Numbered from the whole stretch's first letter, positions 12,697 to 24,785 are shown. The stretch is DNA of 63,819 nucleotides, filler included, from Circinaria calcarea (GCA_051942165.1; 5 parts of 5 records of this genome joined end to end with filler, not necessarily neighbours in it); one strand, 5' to 3'. Notes: a model not told the origin generated them from the sequence alone. Program-made: numbers and translations.

Positions 12697-12796
12697 NNNN
12701 NNNNNNNNNNNNNNNNNNNNNNNNNNNNNNNNNNNNNNNNTTAATTAATTAANNNNNNNNNNNNNNNNNNNNNNNNNNNNNNNNNNNNNNNNNNNN
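12697..12796. other. Artificial contig spacer (44 N + TTAATTAATTAA + 44 N)
   Basis: 100-nt linker whose core puts stop codons in all six frames. Confidence 0.98.
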
Positions 12797-14274
12797 ATAA
12801 TCTGCTTTGTAGGAGGGTAGGAGTCAAAACGTAAGAGCTTACCACTCAAATACTGATCCATTGACAGCCTGATTGTTCCATTTCCTTTTTGATAAGTTCT
12901 GAACCGATCAAGTTTTCTCTTTAGATCCATTGAGCTATGAATAAACATATCAAACTTCATGGTGCCATCGCCACTTGTTCCATAAACCTGATAGTACTCT
13001 GGAAGACAGCTTGGGGAAGTATTACTGAAAAACCCCTTCACGGCCAACTCGTAGTCATCGTAGGTAAGAGTTCCTTTGTTGCCCTCGTCAAACCGGTCGA
13101 AAATAGAACGCCAGGCGCGAAGGAAACCCCAAAGTGCCTGAAATTGCCGAAAGTTGAGCGATCCTTTATTGTCTGTGTCAAACGTGTGCATCAATAACTT
13201 GGCCGTATGTGGGTCAAAGAGTGTATCGTCTGGATTTGTGAGAGCTGTATGGAGACGTCCCTTAGTTAAAAAGTCGTTTCCACCCTGATCCAGAGCTTTG
13301 AATATCGAACGCAGATGTTTTATGTCCTGTGTTCCCTCTGCAACTAGTAAAGCTTCGCGGCCTGCAAGAACGTTCGTATTCGAGTTTCTCAAGGTGGAAT
13401 TTGGACTAAGGCTACCGTGATCGTAGACCCAGGAGATCAACCTTGCGGCAGCAGAATGCCGTTGTTTGTTAGTTCTTCTATCTGGAACACTATTAAATGT
13501 TGGATGTTCTTCGGGATTCTGTACGCTTCTTGCCGAATTGTTTATAGATATATCTGGTTCCTGTGAAGTCCGTAGTATCTCACTCGAAGTTTGTGTCGAT
13601 TTTGATATCATTGCAGATGGCAGTAGCCTAGTAGGCGTTCGGACAATCAGTTCCGACAATTGCGGTTCTCTTATATACGTTCTTGACATTGGGATGGGTA
13701 CTGGGCGAGGCCGATCAACATCAATAGCGGACCCGACCGACCTTGGTGATGCCATGACGCTACTTTCCACCAATCGGTCTTGGTCCTCGATGGAGTCAGC
13801 TATCGAAAAATCGTCCACATCCTCTATTTCTTCCCCGTACGCCGCCACGACCATGTTCAACTTATAAAGGTCGGTAATGACCTCTGATATATCATGGAGC
13901 ACCTCCTCCGGTGATGGTTGAGATATGTCAGCTCCATCGGAAACATCTCCTTGGTCAATGGCCACACTAGGAGTTGATCTTGTACAGAAGGATCTTATTC
14001 CATAGTCTAGGAAATTGTCAAGATCTCTGAGCGAGAGCCGCAATGTCTCCACAACACTTCCAGATGGCAAGTCCTGCAAGTCCTGCAAGTTTCCCTGGAC
14101 AAGGTTGTTTCCTAGTACCCGCAATCGACCGAACTCTTCCCAAGCCTCAGATAGTAAAGCCTCAGGAAATGCCTGGTGCGTGGCAATGCTATGAAGTGCA
14201 CTGAGTTTACCAATTGTCTCGAACAATAGAGAGAAAACGCCTATCGATATTAAATCGACTACCTCTCTTGCCAT
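12797..14274 (-). CDS. Protein with an N-terminal helical domain and a C-terminal penta-EF-hand (PEF1/ALG-2-like) domain, 3'-truncated
   Basis: The C-terminal ~170 aa follow the penta-EF pattern: LRSIFKALDQGGND, FDPHTAKLLMHTFDTDNKGSLNFRQFQALWGFLRAWRSIFDRFDEGNKG, MKFDMFIHS, G.IRLSMDQYL. A gtaag donor at ~12842 runs into the gap. Confidence 0.8.
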
Positions 14275-14630
14275 GCTGGATAAGACTCAGAGATATTCTG
14301 ATGTTCTCACAGTTCGCAGGGTGAGAACTGGTAAAAGGTCGATCAAGCCACACAATGCTCCACATACGTCATGCATGTCAGCACACGAAAGCGAGTCTTC
14401 TACTGAGTTTGTGTGCTCTTCGAGGTATAGATGAACGCTCAGCACTGTAATTCCAGCGCTATACGAGTTTGCTGAAGACGAGCTGAAAGGAAATATAGAT
14501 TACAGGTAACCACTCCTACCCTACATCCACCCAGCATTTCCCCAAGTTTACTGGGCTTCTCGTTTCGCTAATATTGTTTTTTGCTAATGGCAAGCATATA
14601 GCTCAGGGTTTCTGCTCTGAAGCGTTAGCA

Positions 14631-16304
14631 ATGTCTGGGCTTGAGGTGGTTGGAGTGGTCTTCGCGGTCCTACCATTGCTCATCAGTGCTATTGAGAACC
14701 ACAAGAAGGGGCTCAATCCTTTGACAACCCTGCTTTATCCTGGAAAGTATCGAAAGGAATTACTTACGTTAGGCCGCAAATTACGGGTTCAAAGGGACCT
14801 CTACCAAGCTTCCTTGGGAAGTTTGCTGTCGCCCGCCATATCCCGAGAAAGACTTGCCGTTCTTATCAAAAATCCAACTGGACCTGCATGGCGTACTCCT
14901 GCAACCGCTGCAAAGCTCAAACTACAGCTAGAATCGACTCACTTCGGTTGCCTGATAGTCATTGACGACATAGCAAGTGCATTTACGCAATTTCAGGAGC
15001 TGCTCTGTTCCCCTAAGTTCAAGTTCAGTTTCCAAAGAGAGCGGCGAAAAGAACTTTTGGAGTCAATCGAAAGTGATAATAAGAGCCTTGCGGCATTCTT
15101 GGTCCATTACCAACCGCGGAACCTCTCTGCTCGGTATTATGGACATGTGACGGCGCAAGAGGTTAGTGAGGATGGATCAGAAGTGGGGTACGATGGAGAT
15201 CGAATAGCAGAATATAAGAAGGACAAAACGTTGGGAGAACTTCACCTCAAGCGACTGAAACGAGTGCGATCAAAGGCATCCGATCTTCATAGAGCTCTGG
15301 AAAGCAGTTTCAACTGCAAATCAGGCCTATCCCACATAGTGAATCTACAGTTAGAGCAGGTTACTGCAGATCGGGAGGCAGAACTGAATTTCCGGTTGCT
15401 GTTTGTATTGTCTTCAATGTCGTATAATGGGGATATTCCTGCTCACTGGAAGTGGCAAGAAGTCCAGATGCATGAAGTCTTGTCTCCCGAGTCTCATGTA
15501 AAGAGGGTTGAAGATGTATGCTCAGCAATCGCACATCTAGCGTCCTCCCAGAAAGAACAGCAAGGAAGTCAAGATCTTCCGCCAGAGTACGTTAAAAGCC
15601 CCCAAGGATCCGCCCAGTTTCTGTTGGGAGGTGTGCAAGAACCTTTGATGACTCAGGAAAAGCATCAGCCATCGATACGACTCTCAAAGATCCTTGGGCG
15701 TCCAAAGCAACCCTCTTCGGATATGGCTGCGTCGTGGTACCGGTATCATCGCATGAAAGTTGCCGTTGTCCTGGCTCACGCATTACTCCAATTACATGGC
15801 TCACCGTGGTTGAGTTCCACTTGGAGCTGCTCCGATATACAGCTTATAGCAACTTCGAATGGAAGGCCATCCAGCGCGGACTGGCAGCCATTTATATCCA
15901 AAACGTTTGACTCATCAAGTGAGATAGGAAGTGCGTCTGACAGTTCTAGAGCCCGAGGTCCTCATATACGCAATCACGACTTATACTCCTTGGCTATCGT
16001 GCTGCTAGAACTTGCCTTCAATGCTCCACTCCAGGAGAAGCGAACAGACCAGGATAGCGAAGGTACCGAGCATTACCAGGATGCTTACATCAACTACAAT
16101 ACTGCTTGTCGGTTGACGAAACTGGATTTGATCTGTGAGATGGGGCCTGAATTCGCAAAGGTAGTCAGATACTGTCTCTGGGGCTTCCCACATCTGGAAA
16201 CCCATGATTTAAATTCAGAGGAGTTCCATGGCGTAGTCTGCGCAAACATCATTGGACCACTGGAGAATGATCTGAAGCTGAGAGCGCCAAACGATTGGCA
16301 ATGA
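14631..16304 (+). CDS. Fungal protein with a HeLo-like N-terminus and a degenerate kinase-like C-lobe
   Basis: Starts MSGLEVVGVVFAVLPLLISAIE (ATG at 14631). The C-terminal part has LAHALLQLHGSPWL..W..DI, DLYSLAIVLLELAF and EFAKVVRYCL, resembling kinase subdomains VI-XI without HRD or DFG. Confidence 0.7.
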   Translation: MSGLEVVGVVFAVLPLLISAIENHKKGLNPLTTLLYPGKYRKELLTLGRKLRVQRDLYQASLGSLLSPAISRERLAVLIKNPTGPAWRTPATAAKLKLQLESTHFGCLIVIDDIASAFTQFQELLCSPKFKFSFQRERRKELLESIESDNKSLAAFLVHYQPRNLSARYYGHVTAQEVSEDGSEVGYDGDRIAEYKKDKTLGELHLKRLKRVRSKASDLHRALESSFNCKSGLSHIVNLQLEQVTADREAELNFRLLFVLSSMSYNGDIPAHWKWQEVQMHEVLSPESHVKRVEDVCSAIAHLASSQKEQQGSQDLPPEYVKSPQGSAQFLLGGVQEPLMTQEKHQPSIRLSKILGRPKQPSSDMAASWYRYHRMKVAVVLAHALLQLHGSPWLSSTWSCSDIQLIATSNGRPSSADWQPFISKTFDSSSEIGSASDSSRARGPHIRNHDLYSLAIVLLELAFNAPLQEKRTDQDSEGTEHYQDAYINYNTACRLTKLDLICEMGPEFAKVVRYCLWGFPHLETHDLNSEEFHGVVCANIIGPLENDLKLRAPNDWQ

Positions 16305-16979
16305 CCGTCTTTTGTATCAGCGGAGCCACCATGGCTCATACCAGGCTGGGTATCAAAATAAGTGGCAGTTTTTTCTCCCCAAATTCTTAGCGAAAAAACT
16401 GCCAATTATTTTGATACCCAGCTTGACACGTACGGGTTCTTCAGATCTGTACCATTGCAGCCGTTAGAAGGAGAAGCCCTGGCTTTCAGACTAGGTCCAG
16501 GACATGACAAGATATTCAAGGGGGAAGACACTGACTGATGATGGATCAGAGGCCACTGTGTTGCGATTATTGTATTCTGCCTTCCTTCCTTCGCTTCAAA
16601 GAGGGGCGATAATGGAGTCGAAAGAGAAGAGGCAGATCAAGCATGTGGATATGCTTTAGATATGTTTTTGGACATACGGTGCTGAATATCAATGGAGCTT
16701 GCCTGTCATTTAGCGGTGGAGTTATGGAGTTGACAAGACCTTGAAGCTGTTCTTTCAAGCAAGGTAGCATCTTTGCTTTTTCCATACCTATGATGGGACA
16801 AATACACTGTTTCTCTTTACTATGTATATGACACCGCTTTGACAGCAGGTAGGAATCTACTCACGACAGACAGCAATGAACAGTAAACCCAATACTAGAG
16901 GACAACAATTTACCACACCTTGACTTTGTGCAGTACGCCTCCCAATGCAAATGCTCGCTAAAGACAAGAAACTCTCTCT

Positions 16980-17830
16980 CTATGAATCACCCATCAACTC
17001 GACGGGCGGACGCGCCGTATGGGCCATGATCTTAGGCTCAACCGTAGAATCCAAATCCATATCCTCGTCCTGTCCTTGTGTCGTATCCTCAACCATTACA
17101 GCCGGCAGATGCGGACTGTCCCCATGGTCCTCTGGATGATATACCACCGTAGAACTTCTGCTCCTCCTTCCCTCCCTTTCCATTCCATCTCCGTGTCTCT
17201 CTTGAATCGGCGAAATAGGGGAGCAAGGATCGTGTACTGGAGCGGGTTTCGAGTGTAGTTTCGCTAGTGCGGAGGCTAAATCGTCTGCGTGCACTTCCTT
17301 ATTCGGTGGTTCCTCATTCCGCATCTCCCACCCATGAGGTGGACTGGGCGGGGGGCTGATAAAGAATAGCTTCTGGCTTTTAGGTGCATGTAGATGCTGA
17401 TCTACTGGCTCGATGGGCGTCGCCTCGCCAAAGTATATCCGCACGCGATCACCCATGATAAGCTCTCCATCAAGAAGCTTCCGTATCCGAATAGCATCAT
17501 CGATGGTATAGAAGGAGACGATGATGCGGCGGAACGATTTAAGGGGCGACCAGGAATGAAGAGGAGCGGAGTCGTTTATTAGATCACGAATCGTCAGAAG
17601 GTGGCTTGGGTGGAAGATGGAAGGGTCTTGAAGGTTCTGGGGGTCTGTTAACAGGAGATCCTCAATGCAAAGAGCGAGCAACCCACTGTGATGAGCAAAG
17701 TGTTTGATGGAGGTGACGGGTTAATAAGGGGAGGTATGGAAGAAAGATCCAGTGTTAGTGGTGTTCTGGTGCCTTTTGATAATGGGCTTGAAGCTTTTGA
17801 GGCTGGTGGGGATACATTGCCAGCTACCAT
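16980..17830 (-). CDS. RCN1: Calcipressin (calcineurin regulator RCN1/CBP1)
   Basis: Motifs NTLLIT, WSPLKSFRRIIVSF, FFISPPPSPPHGW, PAVMVED and HTARPPVE. Intron 17637-17686. Confidence 0.93.
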
Positions 17831-17964
17831 GTTGCAAACTGAAGAATAATGAGAATATGCGTGGTATCCTTCTGGTTTGTGTACTGATGCTGTGGTGGAG
17901 AGTCTTAAGTAAATTTTCCAAATTCTGCTCTTTATCTACTCCGGAATTACAGTCGCAAAATGCA

Positions 17965-18116
17965 GTGGCGCAGTCCCGTTACGATTTGCCTGCCAAGCGG
18001 GTCTCGGCTCAGCTAAACTCCGCACAACCGCGTAAACCGCACAGGGGTAAAGTAAAACTCAGCCCTGCAGATGAGTCTACAGCAATCTCGACGCTGCATC
18101 AGCCTGAATGAGCCTC
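17965..18116. promoter_or_regulatory. Two putative Crz1 (CDRE) sites upstream of RCN1
   Basis: GTGGCGCA at 17965-17972 (+) and GAGGCTCA at 18109-18116 (-) match the yeast GNGGC(G/T)CA consensus, 135 and ~280 nt upstream of the ATG. Confidence 0.5.
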
Positions 18117-20202
18117 GCTCTTACGTCTTACAAGAGAGTATGCATTCGGGCTTTTACACCTCCAGGCTTGAGTTATCGACGGCTTTGTCGCTCCCAGAAA
18201 GATGTCACATATACTACATCGTGCATAGGGGTATGCATGGGAGTTGAGCTCTCATTACCCGCTTGCTTCCAAATCCCAATGTAACAGTGCATGGCCGATG
18301 TTTCTGCCAAACACTTTCTAACTGGAGTGCCTTGTTATGATCCGGCCTTTGTTGCATTGTCAACTAATGTCTCAAATAATGCCTAAGCAGGAGAAGCTTA
18401 GTGAGACTACTGTGGTGGATGGTAGCGAGGCTTTGCTGCTTTGTTGATCACACGAACGTTCAGACGGTATTTGAATGGACTACATATTAATATGAGGCAG
18501 TGTGCTCGCCTTACTTAATGACTACCTCCATGAATCGATTCAAATCTGAATGTTAAGTGCTGTAGTGATACAGTCTTAGTTGTTGACGTTCAGGACGAGG
18601 TGTATCAGTAAGCATTTAACGTTAGTCTTATCCACCTTCTTGATGATTTATACGTTGGTATTCTCGGTAATGTTGGAAGTTAATCGACCCATCGGACTCA
18701 TTCCTTGTTGTACTGTAAGTTCTTCGACAAAGCGGATCACTATATTGACATGGTTCCGCATCCGATTTGTCACTTCTAAGTTCGCATTAAGTCTGTATGG
18801 CAGTGAATTTTGTTTCGCTTTTACTATTAAAGAGTAAGAGAACAGCAAGAAAACAAAATCGGCTCTGGAGAACTGGCTGCACGATCACAATCAGATACTG
18901 GTAAAGTGTTCCTCTGCTCTTTTGTGCTTTCTTCCCTACCATCCACCCCTTCTGCATCATCTGTACACCAAGCCAGATCCGTGGCGACTTGATGGCCGAT
19001 GCAAGACAACTGTGGCACATGCGATCCACCAATACCAAGTATGGTGGACATTTACCGGCCGTTGATTTGCGGGGCAAGTTCTAACGTCTCTGCTTACAAT
19101 CCCTGAGGCCTAGACCAAGTCTCATGCCTGGTGTGTCCATAGTGCCAGCCTATGTTGAGACATTTGCGGGTGAGGGCATCGTTGTGGGGGCAGACCAGAT
19201 AACAACCAGATCCTTGCTAGAGGCAGCGGCCGGCGCGTCAGTAATGGAGGAGGTATCTTGAGTCGGGAGATCGAAGATGAGCTGAAGTGAGGTAAGGAAA
19301 CTGACGGAAAGTAATGCAGGCAAAGAGGGACCTCGATTAGCTGCGGGTCTCCAAAGGGCTGTATGATGAGAAGAAAAATAGGAAAGTTTGGTCTAGGTAC
19401 CATTGCACGGGAAATCAAGAAGCCACCCTTCCTGACTGCCGGTATGTTATACCATACAAGATAGCAGTATCCAGACAATGGACTGCATTTTACAGAAAGA
19501 ACAGCAATAGAACATGATGGAGATGGCTTTATTTCTCACTCCTGGCTGAATATCGAGTTCCACTATTTCTCAGTATTCGCACAACTGCATAAAAAGTGAT
19601 GACTCGCGGAGTGATATCCCGACAAGTCAAGGTGTAATGCAATGTAAAATGCCATGCTCATTGGGAGAGATGCAGTGTTTGGCGCCCCAGAAGTTTTCTT
19701 CCTCCACGCATGAACAACTGGCAAGGAATTTAAGTATCTTAGATAGGACAATGCATCGTTGTGCCTTGTAACTATCCTGCTTACATCTTCTTCCATCTCT
19801 CGGAAAGTAGTAGGAAAAGGGGGGGGCGGCGCGGGGGGAACGTTAGCATGCAAGGCAGATGAGCCGTGTCGACGATGGAAGTGGAAATTAGTATACATTT
19901 ATCTACATAAGCAGAAGAATCGTTGACTATCGTCTTGGCTCGAGCTATGGGATGTGCTGGTGTAATAGCATGATCAAAGGGATATGCAAAAACCGATGGG
20001 AACGTCTGTTCTCTATGATACGAATCCGAATTTATTGACAGAGTCCTGTGATCCGTGCACATCCTTGCTAAAGTGACTTGAGCTTCGTATGTTACAATAT
20101 TTCGATACAGAGCTATTACACCTATACGGACGGCCCTTACGATGAGGTAGGAGTCTTGCGATATTATTTCGAGTCTTCCCTTAGAACTCTGCCAACGTAA
20201 TC

Positions 20203-21379
20203 ATGGACTATGATCCTATGGACGGACTTGAGGGGGACGTTGGCCCTCGAGTCACGGTTCGAGACGTATGATCCTACAACCTCCCCAATTGCTTGACACT
20301 GGTCAAGATTGATGGTCCTGTTTCTAGGCAGCTCTAAACCACGTCGACTTCACTCTTTCAAACGTTGATCTGGCATTTGCCAACTCCCTCCGCAGAGTCA
20401 TTCTTGCCGAAGTGCCCACCATGGCTATCGACCTCGTCGAAGTCGAAGCCAACACCTCCGTCTTGGCCGACGAGTTCATCGCCCATCGCCTTGGTCTTAT
20501 CCCGCTAAACTCGAAACAAGTCGACGATGTCCTCTACACCCGCGATTGCGACTGCGAGCAATACTGCGAACACTGCAGCGTCATACTCACTCTACATGCG
20601 CGATGTACAGGAAACGAAAATATGAAAGTTTATGCGCGCGACTTGGTGGTGGGAGAGCCGCGACCGAACGAATGGGTGGGCAACCCTGTAATCTCGGATC
20701 CGGACGGTTTGGGTAGTGTCATATGTAAACTGCGACAAGGCCAGGAGTTACGGATGAAATGTATAGCGAAGAAAGGGATTGCGAAGGAGCATGCAAAATG
20801 GGCGCCTACAAGCGCGGTGGGTTTTGAGTATGATCCGCATAACAAATTACGGCACGTGGATTACTGGTACGAGGAAGATCCAATAAAGGAATGGTAAGCT
20901 TTGGTACTTTAAGTTGGAGGGCTAGAGTAACAACTTACCCTCTCATCAGGCCTAAATCCAAGAACGCTACTTGGGAAGAACCGCCTCAAGAAGGAGAAGT
21001 CTTCAACTACGATGCCCAGCCCGATAAGTACTATTTCGAAGTCGAATCCATCGGCAATCTCGAGCCCGACGCCGTGATTCAGCAAGGGATAAAAGTAATG
21101 CAGCAAAAGCTGGCAGCCGTCATCCAAGAACTGACGGGCGATGAGGGCAGGAATGGTGACGGCTATGGAGGCGGCTTGAGGAGCCCAGACGGGATGAATG
21201 GCGGCGGGGGAGGAGATTACGGAATGGACCCGGGAACTGTGAATCCGTATGCGAACGGTGGGAATACCGCTTGGGGCGGAGCATCTGCTTATGACAGAGG
21301 GGGAGAACGCACCCCCTACGGAGGAGGGGCGACACCCTTCGGTGCAACGCCATACGGACAGAGCGGCTGGGCTGTGTGA
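20203..21379 (+). CDS. RPB3: RNA polymerase II subunit 3
   Basis: Motifs [37 protein letters not shown] and [14 protein letters not shown]. Exons 20203-20265, 20328-20893 and 20950-21379. Confidence 0.97.
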
Positions 21380-21731
21380 ACCCAGGACATATCGGAATGG
21401 AGGCTGTTTTGGTGTAAGAGGAGTCGGGCATTTGAGATTTGTGGTTAAGGTGATGCAAAAGTCATGGTAAGGTAGGCGTCTTTGTATTGCATGAGGAGGG
21501 GCAATTGATTTGACCAGATACCCAATAGATTGGACATTAACAAGATTCTATATCTATGTGCGTCTATCAAAAGATGTCACAATACAATTAAAAGGCAGCC
21601 GAAGTGCCTTGAAAATTCTAGTTGAACGCCCTCGTGTTTCCAGATAGCATGCCAAAAGGATACAACCACCAACGCCCAGGCTAGCAAATCCCCAGCGTCC
21701 ATTTGTACATGAGTGGCATATATACTGCGTA

Positions 21732-22807
21732 TTAATCCCCAGCTCCTTTCAGATGCCTGTAGATTTTCTTATGCTGCTCCAAGAATATGAATGTTACGAC
21801 GGTGTGTGGCCCCAGGCGTATAAAACTCGGCACCCATCCCCTGAACATCCATCCGGCACCCTCAAGTCGGTAGACCCTCTTCAGCAGTGCCGCCAGACTC
21901 TCACTTTCCGTCGCGCTCATCACTCGCGTCTTGATCACATCCACCGGGCTGCAGATGGTCGTCGCGACGAACCCGGCTAGCATACTGGCGCTGAAGTGTG
22001 TAGTAAGATTATCGGTCATCGATGTATGCCTAAGCAGGAAGCTTTTGAAACTGTCGTAGCTCGCTAGTTGACTTGCTGTCATCAGAACGGCGCGCATGCT
22101 GTTCGGCCACACGCCCCTGAAAAGTGTCTTCCATCCTTCCTCCCGTGTCATTTTTATTAAGCCATCGATAGCGTTCGAGTAGTTTCTACGAGCGGAGGGG
22201 GGTAGGGCGGCATCGTGTTGCATGCGGACATTGAGCACATCGGCAGGGTTACCGGCTATACCGCCGAGAAACCCAGAGACCGAGGAAATTGCGAGCAGGG
22301 TGGGCAGAGAGGGCGTAGTGAGACTAGGGGTTGTGGTAGCTTCTTTAAGTTTTTCGTAAACGCCAAAACGGGTGGTGCTGTAGGTCAACTGGCGGAGAAG
22401 AGAAGCAGAGAGCTGGGACTTTGTCAGAGATATCCATACTGACAGGAATGGACGAACCTTACGCCACTGTAGAGGCCAAGGACGCCATTGCTTTTGAGGA
22501 CATGTACAAAGGTACTCAGCATGCCCTTTGGACCGTCAGGAGCTCTGGTTTGTAGGCGGACCTAACATGATGAGCAGGAATCCTGGGAGTAATGAACTTC
22601 AGGGTAGCTACCTTAACTGTCCACGTAATTAGCAGTCATCCTACACAAGGCTCTAACAGTAAGCTACTTACCCAAATCCAGTGGATGTGTTACCGAAGCC
22701 GCAAAGCAGGAAGCTGACCCCCCGAACCAGAATGGATAATGTAGGACAGGTTTATTCGCAGCTTGGGCTCCATGCTCTTTTCCCTTCTTTGTAACAGATG
22801 AGGACAT
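21732..22807 (-). CDS. DIC1: Mitochondrial dicarboxylate carrier
   Basis: YPFWFGGSASC..THPLDLVKVRLQT, LSASLLRQLTYSTTRFG, GNPADVLNVRMQ and SPVDVIKTRVM. Exons 22807-22672, 22616-22612, 22561-22463 and 22412-21732. Confidence 0.92.
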
Positions 22808-23003
22808 GATCTGGTATGCATACCGCTGGCTTTGCGAATACGAGCCTCAATGGCTGATGAGGTCTGAAAAATTGTGTGTCGAGCTCTAAAATCTGACTTT
22901 TTGGGTCCAGAGAATACGGCACGTTGAAATTTGAGCACGGATCCTGGTCCGAGCTCCAACGGCTTTGTCCGGCGACGGTTTCCATGCTCTGAACTGTAGA
23001 GAC

Positions 23004-24517
23004 ATGCAATTATCCAGCAGAGGAACCATCTTCAAGTTTATTCGAACTAACCGGCCTGTTTCGGTGTCGAAGGCATCTTTGTACCAGCCCTTGTGCGCGT
23101 CAAGGACGTATATTTGCCGACAGCAATCTACAGGTGTGTAAGGTTCTTTCCATACGCACATGCTATTCTCTAACTAGTCACAGCTACCTCGAACTATAAA
23201 TCGATAGACATCAATGGCAACTCATATCCCATTGACAACTGGTTCAATGTCCCTTCTACTATCCTTTCCGCCCTCTCTCGACGTCTACATCTCCAACCGT
23301 CCCATCCCATCTCCTTGACCCGCCAATTGATCGAATCTCGCTTCCCCTCCCCTACATACGCCCACCACAATGACCTCTCTCCAATCGTTACCGTTGCCCA
23401 GAATTTCAACTCTTTAGGCTTTCCGGCCGATCATCCGGGGCGCAGCCGTACAGATACTTACTATATCAATGCGGATACTGTGCTACGAACACATACAAGC
23501 GCACATCAAGCGGATACCTTTCGTAAGGACGAGAGTAATGGATACACCATCAGTGCCGACGTGTATAGGAGGGATGCTATCGATCGAAGCCACTATCCCG
23601 TCTTTCACCAGATGGAGGGAGCGAGAATGTGGGATCGGCGGCGGGTGCCTGGTGGCGACATAGCAAAGGCGGTATGGGCAGACATTGACAAGCTACCAAA
23701 ACATAACCTTACAGTCGAAGACCCCAACCCCACAGTCCACATGGAGAGAAATCCGTTGCAAGCTCAATACCACAGTATGGAGGAAGCAGAAGCAATTGCT
23801 GCACACTTGAAGAAATCAGTGGAGGGTGTGGTGGTAGAGATTTTTTCCAAAGCCAGGGACGCAGCTGTGGCTGCGGGAGAAATGGACAAGGACATAGAAG
23901 CACCATTGCGGGTTCGCTGGATCGAGGCATATTTTCCGTTCACCAGTCCATCCTGGGAACTTGAGGTATTCTGGCAGGGGGACTGGCTTGAACTACTGGG
24001 GTGCGGAGTTGTCCAGCAAGATATCCCTATTAACGCTGGTGTGCCTGATCAAGTGGGATGGGCTTTTGGTATAGGTCTGGAGCGTGTAGCTATGCTCCTG
24101 TTTTCTATTCCTGATATTCGCCTATTCTGGTCCAAAGATTCGCGGTTTTTATCTCAGTTCTCCGATTCAAACTCCATGGCTCGCTTCGTGCCATTCTCGA
24201 GATACCCGGCCTGCTACAAGGACGTAGCATTCTGGCTTCGAAGCTCGAGCAACAGTGCTGGTGGCGGTTCAAGGAGCAACGCGCAGGATTTCCACGAGAA
24301 CGATGTTATGGAAGTGGTGAGGAATGTAGGCGGAGACCTGGTAGAAGACGTCAAGCAAGTTGATGATTTCACTCATCCAGTGACAGGCCGAAAGAGCTTA
24401 TGCTACCGAATTAATTATCGGAGCCTCGAAAGAACCCTCACTAACACAGAGGCAAACAACTTGCATGAAGAGATACGACAGAATTTGGTCGAAAAACTTG
24501 GTGTTGAGCTGAGGTAG
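23004..24517 (+). CDS. MSF1: Mitochondrial phenylalanyl-tRNA synthetase
   Basis: Motifs HPGRSRTDTYY, LRTHTSAHQ, YRRDAIDRSHYPVFHQMEG, YFPFTSPS, GWAFGIGLER and a C-terminal FDX-ACB domain. Basic presequence in exon 1 (23004-23133); intron 23134-23183. Confidence 0.96.
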
Positions 24518-24785
24518 GAGACAGGGAGGATCAGGCAAGCATCCAGGCTAGAAATATAAAACACGTATGAAAACACAGCATCGAATTGATTTCGCTATAT
24601 GCAGCTTCTGTGTCCGCTTTGCTATCAGATTTCTGTCCGGCGTTGCCGAACATGTTGGCGACTTCAGAAGCCGAAAATTTACATATTAGAGGGGCGATAG
24701 TGTACAATGTAACCAACCCCCGACCCTTATCTAGTCATACAGAGAAGAATATAGTCTCGGATTAATGCATGCCAGCATTTAACCC

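Noticed and set aside
12741..12752. TTAATTAATTAA repeated at regular ~12.8-kb spacing
   Set aside because: It sits inside N runs and is an artificial linker, not a biological repeat or a TTAA transposon target site.
18580..20062. Short ORFs between RCN1 and RPB3
   Set aside because: No motifs or consistent exon structure; I could not support a gene.
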